Positions 13,570 through 24,959 of a DNA stretch of 54,464 nucleotides are shown in pieces. The translations under genes were made by a program, and so were the position numbers. Source of the DNA: Prorocentrum cordatum (taxonomy: Eukaryota); contig CAUYUJ010000239.1 in the NCBI GenBank assembly GCA_963575745.1, positions 62,001 to 116,464 of the forward strand, read 5' to 3'. The notes below the pieces were generated by a model that saw only the letters and a program-made list of their open reading frames with translations, ran no database searches and was not told the DNA's origin. Every line of letters begins with the position of its first letter. Position 1 is the stretch's first letter.

Positions 13570-14330
13570 GATAGAAATATCCACCCGATCGACCTGATAT
13601 CAAGATGGCGAGCGGCAATAAGATCGAAGACGGGGAAAAGATTGGAGCTCTAACGAACTTTTGGATTTCGAGACCGTCGAGATTTCTCGAGCCAACTAGC
13701 CCGCCAGCGCGCCGGAATTGCTCTCAAACTTCGTCGTTTCGCTGTGGGGAAGCTCTACGAGACAATTTAGGACCTGTCCTGCAGCTACAGCCCTGAGGAC
13801 TGGAAGCCGGCGGTAAGCCATCAACCTGCGGTATACACAAATGGCATGCGAGCGCGGCAATCTCTCATTCCGCGCGCACGCGAGGGTGCTGTTTCGTACA
13901 GATGTGCTTTACAGCTCCTTGCTTGTCCACAGCTCGAAATCGTGATACTAGAGTAGCGTTCGTGATCATTCTCGTGCTTCCCAGCTCTGTAGTTTGCCTA
14001 CAGCTCGAATGGAGTAGAGACAACCAACACCGCCGATCTAAAATTCGAAGAGAGCGCAAAAAGTTTGTTAGCCGCAGCTTCGGTAGCAGACAGATCGAAA
14101 CCCTAAATGCTTGCAACTTGCGCTTCTCAGCATTGCCTGTCGATTGGTATATCTGAGCTTCGTATCTAGCCTGCAGCTCAAATTGACTACAACAAACATC
14201 ATCTCTCTCCAAAAAATGCAGAGTGCCAACAGCTGTTCAGTTGTAGCTCTGGTAGCAAACAAATCTCAGACGTCTCGATACTGTAGGCGACTGTGTATGA
14301 TGATTTCCTGTTGAGCGGTGTGCTTCTCCG
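13570..14330 (-). mobile_element. Old, degenerate family-A Helitron2-like fragments
   Basis: A-type block (cccgatcga..tcaagatggcgagcgg..ggaagctctacgag) at 13570-13763. A terminus a|ctggaagccggcggtaagccatcaacc at 13800 is followed by decayed internal repeats. Confidence 0.75.
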
Positions 14331-14379
14331 GCTTCTATATTATCTAAAACCCTGTAGCTCTCAGAGAGCTCTCCGGGAA

Positions 14380-15856
14380 CTTGGCAGCGTCCAAAACCCG
14401 GATAGCGCTGCCAGGCACGCGTCCACGCGTTTTCTTTTGGACGGGTTTTTCCCTTCCTTCCGTCCGCGGTTTTCTTTTGGGCGGGGTTTTTTCCGGGGGA
14501 AGGGGTGGGGCGCGCCCCGGCTTCTCTTGCCGAGGTCGCGAATCCGGAGGGCCGAAGCCCCCGGACCCCCCCCCCGGCGTTCGCCCCGGGCTTTTCCCTG
14601 AGGGGAAAGGTTCCCCGCGGATTCGGAAGCCTCTGCCCTACCCCCCGCCCGGGGAAGGGGCTCCCAGCCGCGCCGGAAGCCCCTTCTCCACCTGGAGCAG
14701 TTTAACGACCTGCTCAGGTCCGAGCCTTTTAACGCCTTACTTAGAGCCGCGAATCAGTCGGAGCCTTTCAACGCCATGCTCAGGGCCGCGAACCGCGCGC
14801 CCGGGGTCCTGCCCCGGGCCGCGCGAGCGGCAACCCCCGGCCCTCGCCCCGGGGCCGCGCGCGCCCGGGGTCTCGCCCCCCGGGCCGCTCACGCACACGG
14901 TTTACGCGTGTGGGGGCAGCCCCACGCGCGCGGTTTAGCGTGCGTGGGGGCGCCAGACACATCGTGTGGCGGAGCTCTTGAGACGTTGGAAAGCTTCCCT
15001 GGCAAGCGCTGAATACTCTGGAAAGCCTTCCTGAAGAGCTCTGGGGGGCCCCCCTGAAGCGCTTCTGAAGCGCTGCCAGCGACGCTTCCACGCGTGCCTC
15101 CACGCGTGCAGGCACGCGTGGACGCGTGCCTGAAGCGCTCCCGGACGGGCTGCCGGTTCCGGCAACTTTCTGCGGGGATCGTGGAGCGGCGGAGGTGGGC
15201 GCGTGCCCCTTACCATCCACCTCCGGCTTCTAATCTGAAACCCTCAGGTCGCAGCACACGCACGCGGCTTAGAGTGCGTGGAGACGCTGGGAACGTCGCG
15301 TGACGGAGCTCTGGAGACGCTGGAAAGCTTCCCTGCGAAGCTCTGAATACTCTGGAAAGCTTTCCTGAGGAGCTCTGGGAGCTCTCCTGAAGCGCTTCCG
15401 AAGCGCTGCCAGCGACGCTCCCACGCGTGCCTGCACGCGTGCAGGCACGCGTGGACGCGTGCCAGAAGCGCTCCCGGACACGCTGCGACCTTTTACAAGC
15501 CCCTCCGGGGATCGTGGACCCGCGAAGATGGGCTGCTGGCAGGCACCACCACCGTCCGGCTTCTAATCTAAAACCCCATAGTACTCAGAGAGCTCCCCGG
15601 GAAAAGAGGCACTCACTAGAAAGCTCTCCTGAAGAGCTCTGGGGGGCTCCCCTGAAGCGCTTCTGAAGCGCTGCCAGGTACGCTTCCACAGGCACGCGTG
15701 GACGCGTGAGGGAAGCGCTCCCGGACACGCTGCGAACTCAAAAAACCTCTGCGACGATTCTGGACCGCCGTGGAGGAGCTGCTGGCAGGCACCACCACCG
15801 TCCAGCTTCTAATCTAAAACCGTATCGCTGTCATGAAACTTTCCGGGAACTTGGTT
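14380..15856 (-). mobile_element. Cluster of family-D non-autonomous Helitron2-like elements
   Basis: Terminus a|cttggcagcgtccaaaacccggatagcgctgcc (hairpin) at 14380. Opposite ends of type ccc.atag.ctcagagagctc.ccggg.a occur at 14379, ~15601 and (diverged) 15849. Internal cacgcgtg-rich blocks repeat. Confidence 0.75.
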
Positions 15857-15908
15857 GGGCGTTGGGGTCGGCTACACAGGGCGCGTGCGCCCTAGCCGTG
15901 CAGAGTCC

Positions 15909-18900
15909 CTAGGGTCCCTCACGCCCTCTCAACCTCTTTGGGGTTGGAGGCCCGAGGATCTCAGAGATAATCTGCCGAACACCTTGGAGCAGGCGTTCAC
16001 AAGCTGTGAGCTCGCTATCTGTAACAGTGGCCCCCAGAGGGAGTAAAGAAGCCTCCTGGAAAACTCGTCGCCAGTGGTTGTCCCCAAATGAGACCTCCAC
16101 ATAGCAACCTAGAGCAGAGCCTTCAACACTCACGCCACCGTCCCATCCTCCACGGATACGTTTGATACAATGTCTCTGTTGTCGCAAATATCTGAAGTCA
16201 ATCCATCTTCCCGCCCTTCCCCTCCTCGCCTCCCAAGTCAGCTCATCCGCAACACACTTGAACTCTCTGTAGATATGCTTCCACGGATCCGTCCCTACGG
16301 TGGCACACCTGATGTCATAATCCTCAGCAAGTTGATTCATATCATTTTGTAGACCATGCACTCTCCTGCGGTACGAACGATCACGGCATTCCCAGATCCC
16401 CCGGGCCCAGTTCACCACACACATACTATCTCCTGTCATTTCAACCGATAATGAGCCCTCCGAGCCTTCCTGCCAGACAGTTTCGTTGTTATACCCGTGG
16501 GCAATCCTACGAGCGAGCCTGTCGGAGTCCTCAGGGGAGTCCCACGTATCCACAGGGCAAGGAGCACAGGGCGGTTTCCTGAAGATGGGTTCCCATCGAG
16601 GCTGTATTTTCGTCATGCACGCAACTACATTCCACCAGTCCGTCGCATTCCACTTGATGCTGAACCAGCGTAAATTACCACTCGCCGCCAGCATAAGACA
16701 ATGCCAGCTGTCAGTGCTTGCATGCGCTCTCCCTCCCACTCTCCTCGTACCTTCCCTCCTCCTGGCTCCCGTGAACATGGATACAAGTGTGTCCCTCCGT
16801 AGTGACCATTCCCCCGCACAGTGTAACATAGCCTGAAGCGTCTGGCGCCAGGCTCGTGCTCCACGCATGTCAGTGAAGGCGAAGGCCCGCTCATGAAACT
16901 GGGCCAGCTCCAACGCAAACTCGAAATTGGCTCGGACCACCTTCTCTAAGAGACTGCAGTGGACAGCCTGCAAGAATAGCTCGTATGATTTCGGCGTCGT
17001 CCTGTCCCTGAACTCCTCCCACGTCTCCTCATCCCTCTTGTGTAATCCTCGCATACCGTTGAGACACCTCCCCTCCCAGACCATAATCCTCTCCAGCAGT
17101 CGTAGGTTGCACGGCCAGCCTATACATCCGCGGTACACCACAGACTGCACACGAGCGGCGTACCTGCGAAACTTCTCCTTGAGTGAGACCGATCTGGAGC
17201 GATAAAACTGAATGTCAGCAAAATAGGCCTTCCTCCCTTTCTCGAGTCGATGAGACAAACCGTGGTAACCTTTGATTTCCGAACTGAGCTTCACTCCTAG
17301 TACCTCCACCTCCTCCTTCCTCGGCATTACAACAGTCGAGCGCAAGTGCACTGGGAGATCCTCATCTCCAGAAATCGCACAGATGGCTGGCGAGAGCGGG
17401 CAGAGCAGCGGCGGATCGCCACAGGTGTACGTCTGGCCAAAAAGTACATATGTCAAAGAATCCTCCTTCCAGTCCATCCCTGCCCGTCTGAGTGTTACCG
17501 TCATCATACCGATCATCTGTTGTAGCTGGAGTTGCGATGCAGCACAGAGCGTAACATTGTCCGCCCACAAGAAGTGGTGTACAAGAGCACCGTCCGTCCC
17601 CTCCCCTTCCAGTCGGACACCGTATCCTAAGGTATCCCAAGTCTGAATCACAGATCCCCAGATGGCCTCCAAGACAATATTGAAAAGTATAGGTCCCTCC
17701 TTACCTCCCGTTCGGACCGATTTATTGTATCTCACCTCATCGCCGCACACGTTCTGAAACTCAAAGGTAGCAATGTTATCCAGCATGGGCTCCACAATGG
17801 CTCTGATGAGGCACACAGGGTACTTAAGGTACAGCATGGCCTTGATGATAGTGCGCAGTGTGACATTATCGAACGCCTTGCGTATGTCCAAGACTCCCAC
17901 GTGCATAGACTCCGCCTTCCCCCACACATTTGCGTGTCTAGTAAGATGTGATAGTGGTGCCGCGACGTTAGTGACCTTCTGATCCTTCTCAAACCCGTAT
18001 GTGCACAACCGTCGGTTCACAGGAAATGCATCAATGAACTGCAACACACATGCCATGTACCATTTACTCATCACACTGATCAGGCAAATCCCTCTGGTGT
18101 TGGAGAGTCGTGTAGCATCCCGCATCTTTGGCACAAGTTGGATACTGAGCTGCCTCCACGTCTCAGGGCTAGAGGCACCCTGCTCGAAAATCCTCTGAAA
18201 AGCACGCCGAACAAACAAGAGGCTCCTCCACGGCAACTCACGGATGACCTCAGCAACGATTCCATCGCTACCGGGTGCCGTGCCAGGCTTCAAAGACGCA
18301 CGAGCCTGCATGAGCATGCCCATCGTGATGACTCTTCCCTCCACCCCACGGTCGTTGTGTCTGAGCTCCTGAAAGGCCTCCAAAGTCCGTTTTTCCTCCT
18401 CCGAGTTCGTGTAAGACGCCGTCGCATACCTAGTGATCTCCGTACTCCACCTAGTCCTGTCCATTGTCAGCACACCCTCACACTCCAGCTCCTTGAGGAT
18501 ACACCGTGAGGTCTTACTGGATCCCTTGTGGTCCTGCAGGAGTTGGTTCCTCCTATGCTGTCTCCTAAGGGTCTTCCTCCTACGCAGCAGTTGTTTACGA
18601 GTATTCCCAAGGGCCCCACGCCTGATGGCAGACTCCACCTCTATGAGCTCCCTGGGCCTCTGAATAGGTTTGCAGTTGGGGCGCCCCTTAGTGTGGTCAA
18701 CATGCTTTGCCGTCTCCAAGAGTACCCGTCCGACCTGCTGTAGGTCCGTCCCTACCGCGTCAGACGCAAGCCCCTCAATCGACACATCCGCAAGCACACG
18801 AAACATGTTCCTCGCCGTGTCATCCGTCGGCTGCCAGCCAACCATGGACACAGGGCGGGGTGGCAAAGCTGGGCGCCTGATCTCCGTAGTCTTGAGATTT

Positions 18901-19691
18901 ACCCAGACCAGAGCGTGATCACTATAGGCACTGGCTTTTGCACGTATACCTGGCGTAGCTTTGATGGGTTCCACAAACTGGACCTGGCATCTCATTTCCT
19001 GGTGAGCTCTTGCCTCATCCGCGCACCAACGTGTAGGGATGAGTATATAGTCAAGCACACGCTGCACATGTGTGGAACAGTACGGTATATGTGTGATACG
19101 TCGAGCTCCATATGTGTTCGCCGCACAGATCCCCCAAGTACTCATGAACCTCATAAGCATGTCCCTCCTCTCTGCATGGTAGTTCGCCTCCTCCCTCCTC
19201 CCGTCCACCTGCATAAGACCTCCTCCCGTCATTCCCAGCATATCTGGTTCAAGTTCCGTCTGAGCATCCATCCCCACCCATGGTATGACTCCAGCCTGTG
19301 TAGTTTGAAACATAGTAACACTGCACTTTGTAAGTACATCTAAGTATTCCCCCAAGTGGTCCACCTCACGCATCACGCATGGTAGATACACTGATGTAAC
19401 TAGAGCACCCCTGAATTCGACACACGCAAATCGTACCCCACTCCGTCGTGCAATCACATGTGGTGCCCAATCCCTGCACCATGCAACCGCCGCCTTGGAG
19501 CAGGAGCTATAGTGAATCTCCCATCCACATCTATTAAAAGTATTTGCACTGGTATGCTCACACTCTTGCAGGCACACCATTTGAATTGACCTGGCTTCAC
19601 ATGCAGCGACCAGGTTGGGCACTTGACCGTCGGATATTTTCTGCACATTCCAGGTTGCAACAACGGTCTCTGTCGCAGCCCTACCGCCCCG
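15909..19691 (-). CDS. LINE ORF2: APE endonuclease, reverse transcriptase, circularly permuted RNase H
   Basis: APE motifs TWNV, CLQE, SVYLP, LDYIL, SDH. RT motifs PGSDGI, LVPK, TRGICL, LDIRKAFD, WADN. RNase H motifs GDS, HIYRE..ADEL, WDGG, SELTA. The frame is open back to the ORF1 stop at 19692-19694. Confidence 0.93.
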   Translation of the reverse strand, partial: RGGRAATETVVATWNVQKISDGQVPNLVAACEARSIQMVCLQECEHTSANTFNRCGWEIHYSSCSKAAVAWCRDWAPHVIARRSGVRFACVEFRGALVTSVYLPCVMREVDHLGEYLDVLTKCSVTMFQTTQAGVIPWVGMDAQTELEPDMLGMTGGGLMQVDGRREEANYHAERRDMLMRFMSTWGICAANTYGARRITHIPYCSTHVQRVLDYILIPTRWCADEARAHQEMRCQVQFVEPIKATPGIRAKASAYSDHALVWVNLKTTEIRRPALPPRPVSMVGWQPTDDTARNMFRVLADVSIEGLASDAVGTDLQQVGRVLLETAKHVDHTKGRPNCKPIQRPRELIEVESAIRRGALGNTRKQLLRRRKTLRRQHRRNQLLQDHKGSSKTSRCILKELECEGVLTMDRTRWSTEITRYATASYTNSEEEKRTLEAFQELRHNDRGVEGRVITMGMLMQARASLKPGTAPGSDGIVAEVIRELPWRSLLFVRRAFQRIFEQGASSPETWRQLSIQLVPKMRDATRLSNTRGICLISVMSKWYMACVLQFIDAFPVNRRLCTYGFEKDQKVTNVAAPLSHLTRHANVWGKAESMHVGVLDIRKAFDNVTLRTIIKAMLYLKYPVCLIRAIVEPMLDNIATFEFQNVCGDEVRYNKSVRTGGKEGPILFNIVLEAIWGSVIQTWDTLGYGVRLEGEGTDGALVHHFLWADNVTLCAASQLQLQQMIGMMTVTLRRAGMDWKEDSLTYVLFGQTYTCGDPPLLCPLSPAICAISGDEDLPVHLRSTVVMPRKEEVEVLGVKLSSEIKGYHGLSHRLEKGRKAYFADIQFYRSRSVSLKEKFRRYAARVQSVVYRGCIGWPCNLRLLERIMVWEGRCLNGMRGLHKRDEETWEEFRDRTTPKSYELFLQAVHCSLLEKVVRANFEFALELAQFHERAFAFTDMRGARAWRQTLQAMLHCAGEWSLRRDTLVSMFTGARRREGTRRVGGRAHASTDSWHCLMLAASGNLRWFSIKWNATDWWNVVACMTKIQPRWEPIFRKPPCAPCPVDTWDSPEDSDRLARRIAHGYNNETVWQEGSEGSLSVEMTGDSMCVVNWARGIWECRDRSYRRRVHGLQNDMNQLAEDYDIRCATVGTDPWKHIYREFKCVADELTWEARRGRAGRWIDFRYLRQQRHCIKRIRGGWDGGVSVEGSALGCYVEVSFGDNHWRRVFQEASLLPLGATVTDSELTACERLLQGVRQIISEILGPPTPKRLRGREGP

Positions 19692-20625
19692 TCAATGATT
19701 AGGGCACCGTAGTGTCTGAAGAAACTGCACCTGGTTAGTGTCAGGCTCAACGTGTGTCAAATTGGCGCCATAGAGGTTCCATCCTTTTGTCGGTCCCCAT
19801 TCTGCAATCAACGTCTTTTGTGTAGTATCCTCAGCATTCGGCATATACCACATATATGTCATTGGCGGACCCGTCTCACCTCGAAGAATAGCCGTCGCAT
19901 TGCCCTTGATATCAGAAAATAGTGCTTGAAATCTTCCTACCGCCCGAACATGTTCTATCTTCCATGGCTGGCATTCAACTTGCAATCGCACATTGGGAGG
20001 CAATGAAGCGAGTCCCCGCCTGTAGTCATTCTCCCACACACGTTTCGCTTCCCATAGGATCTCAGAGGATGTACCTGGTTTGAAATAGATCCTACCCCTC
20101 GTGTACGGCCAATATATGCCAGTATTCTCCTAAACCGTCCGATCCAAGTCCAGTGCCACCCTCTGTGTAGCACCAATTTGTTTAGAGTCAATAAGACCAT
20201 TCATCGCCGTCGTCAGTGCCTCCTGTGAAAGAGCCTCCGGCTGACGTATCTCACGGTTCCTCCATCCCTCCCTTGAAACCCATCCCTTGAACTCAACATA
20301 ACGTGGATTCCAAGCAGGATCGTGCCTGTCCGTACCCGCCTTCGTGGATCCACTTGCTACCGACAGCCCGTCCCCCTGCTTGAGCTTCTGAACTTCATTG
20401 GTGAGGTCCTGGATCGCCGACTCTGTTTTCGAGACCCTGGAGTCCAGAGATGTTTTTCCCTCCTCCTTTGACATTACGAGCACGGACAGCTCTAGCAAAC
20501 GCCCCACCCCCATCATCAATTGTCATGTCCTGGCCCGTCGCATGCAAGCCTGGAGCACCTGCAACTGAAGAACCTGCTGGCATCGCTGGTGCAGCACCTG
20601 AAACTGAAGAACCTGCTGCAGCCAT
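19692..20625 (-). pseudogene. LINE ORF1 (coiled-coil, gag-like) with an internal TAG at 20130-20132 and a probable frameshift near 20480-20520
   Basis: ORF pieces 20130-20519 and 19692-20039 share one frame. Heptad-like LDSRVSKTESAIQDLTNEVQKLKQ. Candidate ATG at 20625 (MAAAGSS) lies in another frame. Confidence 0.65.
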
Positions 20626-21085
20626 CTTCCTTTTGTGGCTGCGTAAGATATTGAAATCGTAACCTTCACCCTGCACGAAGTGGTTACGCAAGATATTGAA
20701 ATCGTAACCTTCACCCTGCACAAACGGTACTGTTGGTGTGAGCGATGCCACACAAATAACAGCTCTCCTGTCACTTCGAGGTGTCCCGACCTGTCTGGCT
20801 AGATAGTCCCAGTCAGCGTGACTGAAGTCAGATCCCCAGCACTCCGTCTTTCCAAGAGAGAGGAAAAGAGACAATTACAGCAGTAACAATAACAATAGCA
20901 AGTGCAGGCGGCCTAGCACACACAATAACAATAACAAGTGCAGCGGCCTAGCTGACCTCGATCTTGCTGAACCCGAAGAAGACGATGAAGGCAGCGATGG
21001 CTGCCGCGCCGCCGCCCGCGGCGACGCGCCCCCCCCCGCACGCTAGACGCCTGTGGGATCCAGACGCCTTGATCCAGACGCCTTG

Positions 21086-23128
21086 AGCCAAAACCCGGAT
21101 AGCGCTGCACGCGTGCAGGCACGCGTGCACGCGTGCCTGAAGCGTTCCCAGAATACTCTAGAAAGCTTGCCTGAAGAGCTCTGGGGAGCTCTCCCCAAGC
21201 TCTTCTGAAACGCTGCCAGCGACGCTTCCGCGCGTGCCTGCACGCGTGCAGGCACGCGTGGACGCGTGCCGGATGCGCTCCCGGGCGCGCTGCGAAGTTT
21301 TAAAAGCCCCTCCGGGGATCGTGGACCGGCGAAGATGGGCGCGTCCGCCTCGCCACCTACCTCTGGCTTCTTCTTTGAAAATCCTCAGCTCTCCAAGGAG
21401 TTATCGGGGAACTTGGTAGCGTCCAAAACCCGGATAGCGCTGCCAGGCACGCGCCCACGCGTGCCTGCACGCGTGCAGGCACGCGTGCACGCGTGCCTGA
21501 AGCGCCCCCGGGATACTCTAGATAGCTTTCCTGAAGAGCTCTGGGGAGCTCTCCTCAAGCGCTGTTGAAGCGCTGCCAGCGACTCTTCCGCGCGTGCCTG
21601 CACGCTTGCAGGAACGCGTGGACGCGTGCCAGAAGCGCTCCCGGATACGCTGCGAAGTTTTACAAGCCCCTTCCAGGGATCGTGGACCAGCAAAGATGGG
21701 CGCGCCCCCCTCGCCACCCACCTCCGGCTTCTTCTCTGAAACCCTCAGCTCTCCAAGGAGCTATCCGGGAAAAACCCGGATAGCAAAGAGGCATACTCTG
21801 GAACGCTTTCCTGAAGAGCTCTGGGGAGCTCTCCTGAAGTGCTTCTGAAGCGCTGCCAGGCACGCTTCCACGCGTGCCTGCACGCGTGCAGGCACGCGTG
21901 GACGCGTGCCAGAAAGCGCTCCCGGACACGCTGCGACCTCCGACAACTCGCTGCGACGACTCTGGACCGGCGAAGATGGGGGCTGCTGGCAGGCACACCC
22001 ACCGTCCGGCTTCTGATCTAAAACCTTATAGCTCTCAGAGAGCTCTCCGGGAAACTAGCTGCACCCCGCGCCGGAATTCCTCTAGCTCGTCGTTGCCGAA
22101 GAGCTCTACGAGGTAAGAGGCACTCACACTGGAAGGCTTTCCTGAAGAGCTCTGGGGAGCTCCCCCGAAGCGCTACTGAAGCGCTGCCAGGCTCGCTTCC
22201 ACGCGAGCCCGCACGCGTGGACGCGTGCCGGAAGCGCTCCCGGACACGCTGCGAACTTTTACAAGTGTCTGCGGGGATCGTGGACCGGCGAAGATGGGCT
22301 GCTGGCAGGCACCACCACCGTCCGGCTTCTAATCTAAAACCCTATAGCTCTCAGAGAGCTCTCCGGGAACATAGTGTTTTTAGAAGAGAAGCCAGCGGGT
22401 GCGCGTGCATCGCCGCACCCCCACGCTCCCCGCTCCACGATCCCCGCAGCGCCTCGCCGGGGCCTGCAGCGTGTCCGGGAGCGCTCCAGGTACGCTGCGC
22501 AGCGTGCCCCCACGCGTGCAGGCACGCGTGGAAGCGTCGCTGTCAGCGCTTCAGGAGCGCTTCAGGAGAGCTTTCCAGCGACCCTCGAGCTCCGCCGCGC
22601 GAGGTCTCCAGCGCCACCACGCACGTTTAAAGCGTGCGTCAGGCCGCCCTATGTTCTCTTGCTTGGCTATCCGGGTTTTGGACAACAACAGGTCGATGCC
22701 GAAGAGCTCTACGAGGTATTACTCTTTTAGCTTCGCCGCTAACGCTCTAACGGAAGCTCCACGAGTCATAACCTGTTGCTGTCCAAAACCCGGATAGCCA
22801 AGCAAGAGAACATAGGGCGGCCTGACGCACGCGTTAATCGCGCGTGGTGTCGCAGGAAACATCGCGCGGCGGAGCTCGAGGGTCGCTGGAAAGCTTTCCT
22901 GAAGCGCTCCTGAAGCGCTCCTGAAGCGCTGACAGCGACGCTTCCACGCGTGCCTGCACGCGTGGGGGCTCGCTGCGCAGCGTACCTGGAGCGCTCCCGG
23001 ACACGCTGCAGGCCCCGGCGAGGCGCTGCGGGGATCGTGGAGCGGGGAGCGTGGGAGTGCGGCGACGCACGCGCACCCGCCAGCTTCTCTTGTAACAACC
23101 CCATGTAGCCCAAGAGGCTATCCGGGAA
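21086..23128. mobile_element. Nested cluster of family-D and family-C elements plus family-B/A end fragments
   Basis: D copy 21412-21771 (cttggtagcgtccaaaacccggatagc...gctatccgggaa). Two C-type copies in opposite orientation at ~22370-22691 and ~22772-23128. B ends gaagagctctacgaggta at ~22115 and ~22718. Confidence 0.75.
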
Positions 23129-24680
23129 TTTTCAACCGAGCAAATGTCACCAAAAGGTCCGTCGTGGTTTTTCGAGCCAAACAGCCTTCCAGCGCTGTGG
23201 AATTACTCTTAAGCTTCCAGCAACAAGCTAAGGGAAGCTCTACGAGTTACTAGCTGCACCCCGCGCCAGGATTCCTCTGGCTAATCGATGCCGAAGAGCT
23301 CTATCTAGCTCATAAATGCCGAGGAGCTCTACGAGGCATTTCAACCGAGCAAAAGTCACCAAAAGGTCCGTCGAGATTGTTCGCCAACTAGCCCTCCAGC
23401 GCTGTGGAATTATTCTAAGAGCTTTGAGCAACTAGCTACGGGAAGCCCTACGAGTTACACTTCGATTCAGCAATGATTGAAAATATCGATCTGCATTGCC
23501 AGGGGCCCGTGATTCGAGTCCTATGAAGGGATATTATGTACAGTTGTGTGCATGATACCGCCGGGAACTTCAGAGCTTCCTTGAGCAATGCGGGCGCCGC
23601 AATCTCGCATTGCGCGCGCGAGGGCGCGGTCTCATGGAGGAGGACGTAGAGGAGAAGGCGAGGGAAAAAGCACCTCTGGGAGGAAATAATACACATACCA
23701 GACCGAGTTCAGGCGTCTGGACACTTTATCACCAGTACGAATAGTTGCTCGGCCCCAGCGCTGATAGTAGACTGATTTCAGGCGTCTAGATACTTTCAAC
23801 TAGCGCGCCTGACCATTTCCTTCCCATTGCTGTGCCGAACAGCTATGTAGCTCATCTGCAGCTGGAGTTAAGTCCAGAAAAGCATCACCATCTCGAAAAA
23901 TTATCAGAGTACGAATAGTTGTTCAGTCTCAGCGCTGATAGCAAACCGAGATCAGGCGTCTGGATACTGCAGACTATCGCGTCTGATGGTTCCCTCCCGA
24001 TTTCTGTGCTCGGGTTAACTCATCTGCAGCTCGGGTTAACTCAAGAAAACCATCACGATCTCCAAAAAAAAGCAGCGCACGAATAGTTCTTCAGCCCCTA
24101 GCGCTGATAGCAGACCGAGATCAGGCGTCTAGACACTGCAGTATATCGGGCATGATGATTCCCTTCCGATTGTGCCAAAGAGCTCTGTAGCTCATCTGCA
24201 GCTCGAGTAAAGTCAAGAAACTCGTCATCACCTCCAAAAAAATAGTAGAGCACGAATAGATTCGCGGACCTAGCTCGAGTAGCAGACCGAGTTCAGACCT
24301 CTAGATGCTCGAGACGAAAGCGCCTGATCATCCAGGATCGATGAAGTGCGCATACCAGCTCTGTAGCGCTCCTGAAGCTCGAGTTAAGTACAGAAAACCG
24401 ATAGCACCTGTCACGATGACACGAACAGCCGATCCCGCCTGCTGTTTGGCAGTAATAAGTACCCGATCGATCTGAGATCGAGACGGCGAGCGGGAATAAG
24501 ATCGACTATGGGGAAAAATACTAGAGCTCTAACGACCTGTTGAATTTTGAGAAATCGAATTTAAACAAATAAATCATTCACAAAACTTCCGTCGATAATT
24601 TTTGGCCAACTAGCCCCCTAGTGCGCCGGAATTACTCTTCTAGCTTCGCCGCTAACGCTCTTAGGGAAGCTCTACGAGTC
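23129..24680 (-). mobile_element. Older family-A fragments with degenerate ~177-bp repeats and stacked 5' ends
   Basis: ggaagc.ctacgagt ends at ~23248, ~23457 and ~24679. Diverged accgag.tcag units lie between. Confidence 0.75.
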
Positions 24681-24959
24681 ACACCAGCACTTCGTTGCAT
24701 CTGTACCAGGTCTCGCGGCGTCCACTGGTACAAGTCGCAGGTCTCTAGCTGTAACCTTACCGGAAAACAAAAAAAAAAAACAACAAAAAAAAAAAAAAAC
24801 ATGGAAACAAACTTGAAAGACTTGAAACATACCCTGCACAGCTTTCGAATAAGATGAGCCCCGAGGAATTCGGGCACAGGGTGAAGCTAGTACCTCGCAG
24901 AGCTCTTCGGCAGCGATGAGCTAGAACTGGGAGCCAGCGGTAAACCGTTAACCTTGGTT

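Larger units (their letters stand above)
15857..21085 (-). mobile_element. Near full-length non-LTR retrotransposon (LINE): ORF1 + APE-RT-RNase H ORF2
   Basis: Two ORFs, a short 3' UTR with a hairpin and a C/A-rich end. It sits inside a family-D terminus (cttgg at 15850, ccaaaacccggatagc resuming at 21088). The 5' boundary is approximate. Confidence 0.9.

Noticed and set aside
15850..15910. Idea that the LINE shares the CAAG|T end and mobilises families A-D as SINEs
   Set aside because: The cttgg belongs to a D terminus that resumes at 21088. The related LINE fragment has an A tail and a TSD, whereas A-D have fixed 5' ends, ATIRs and no TSD.
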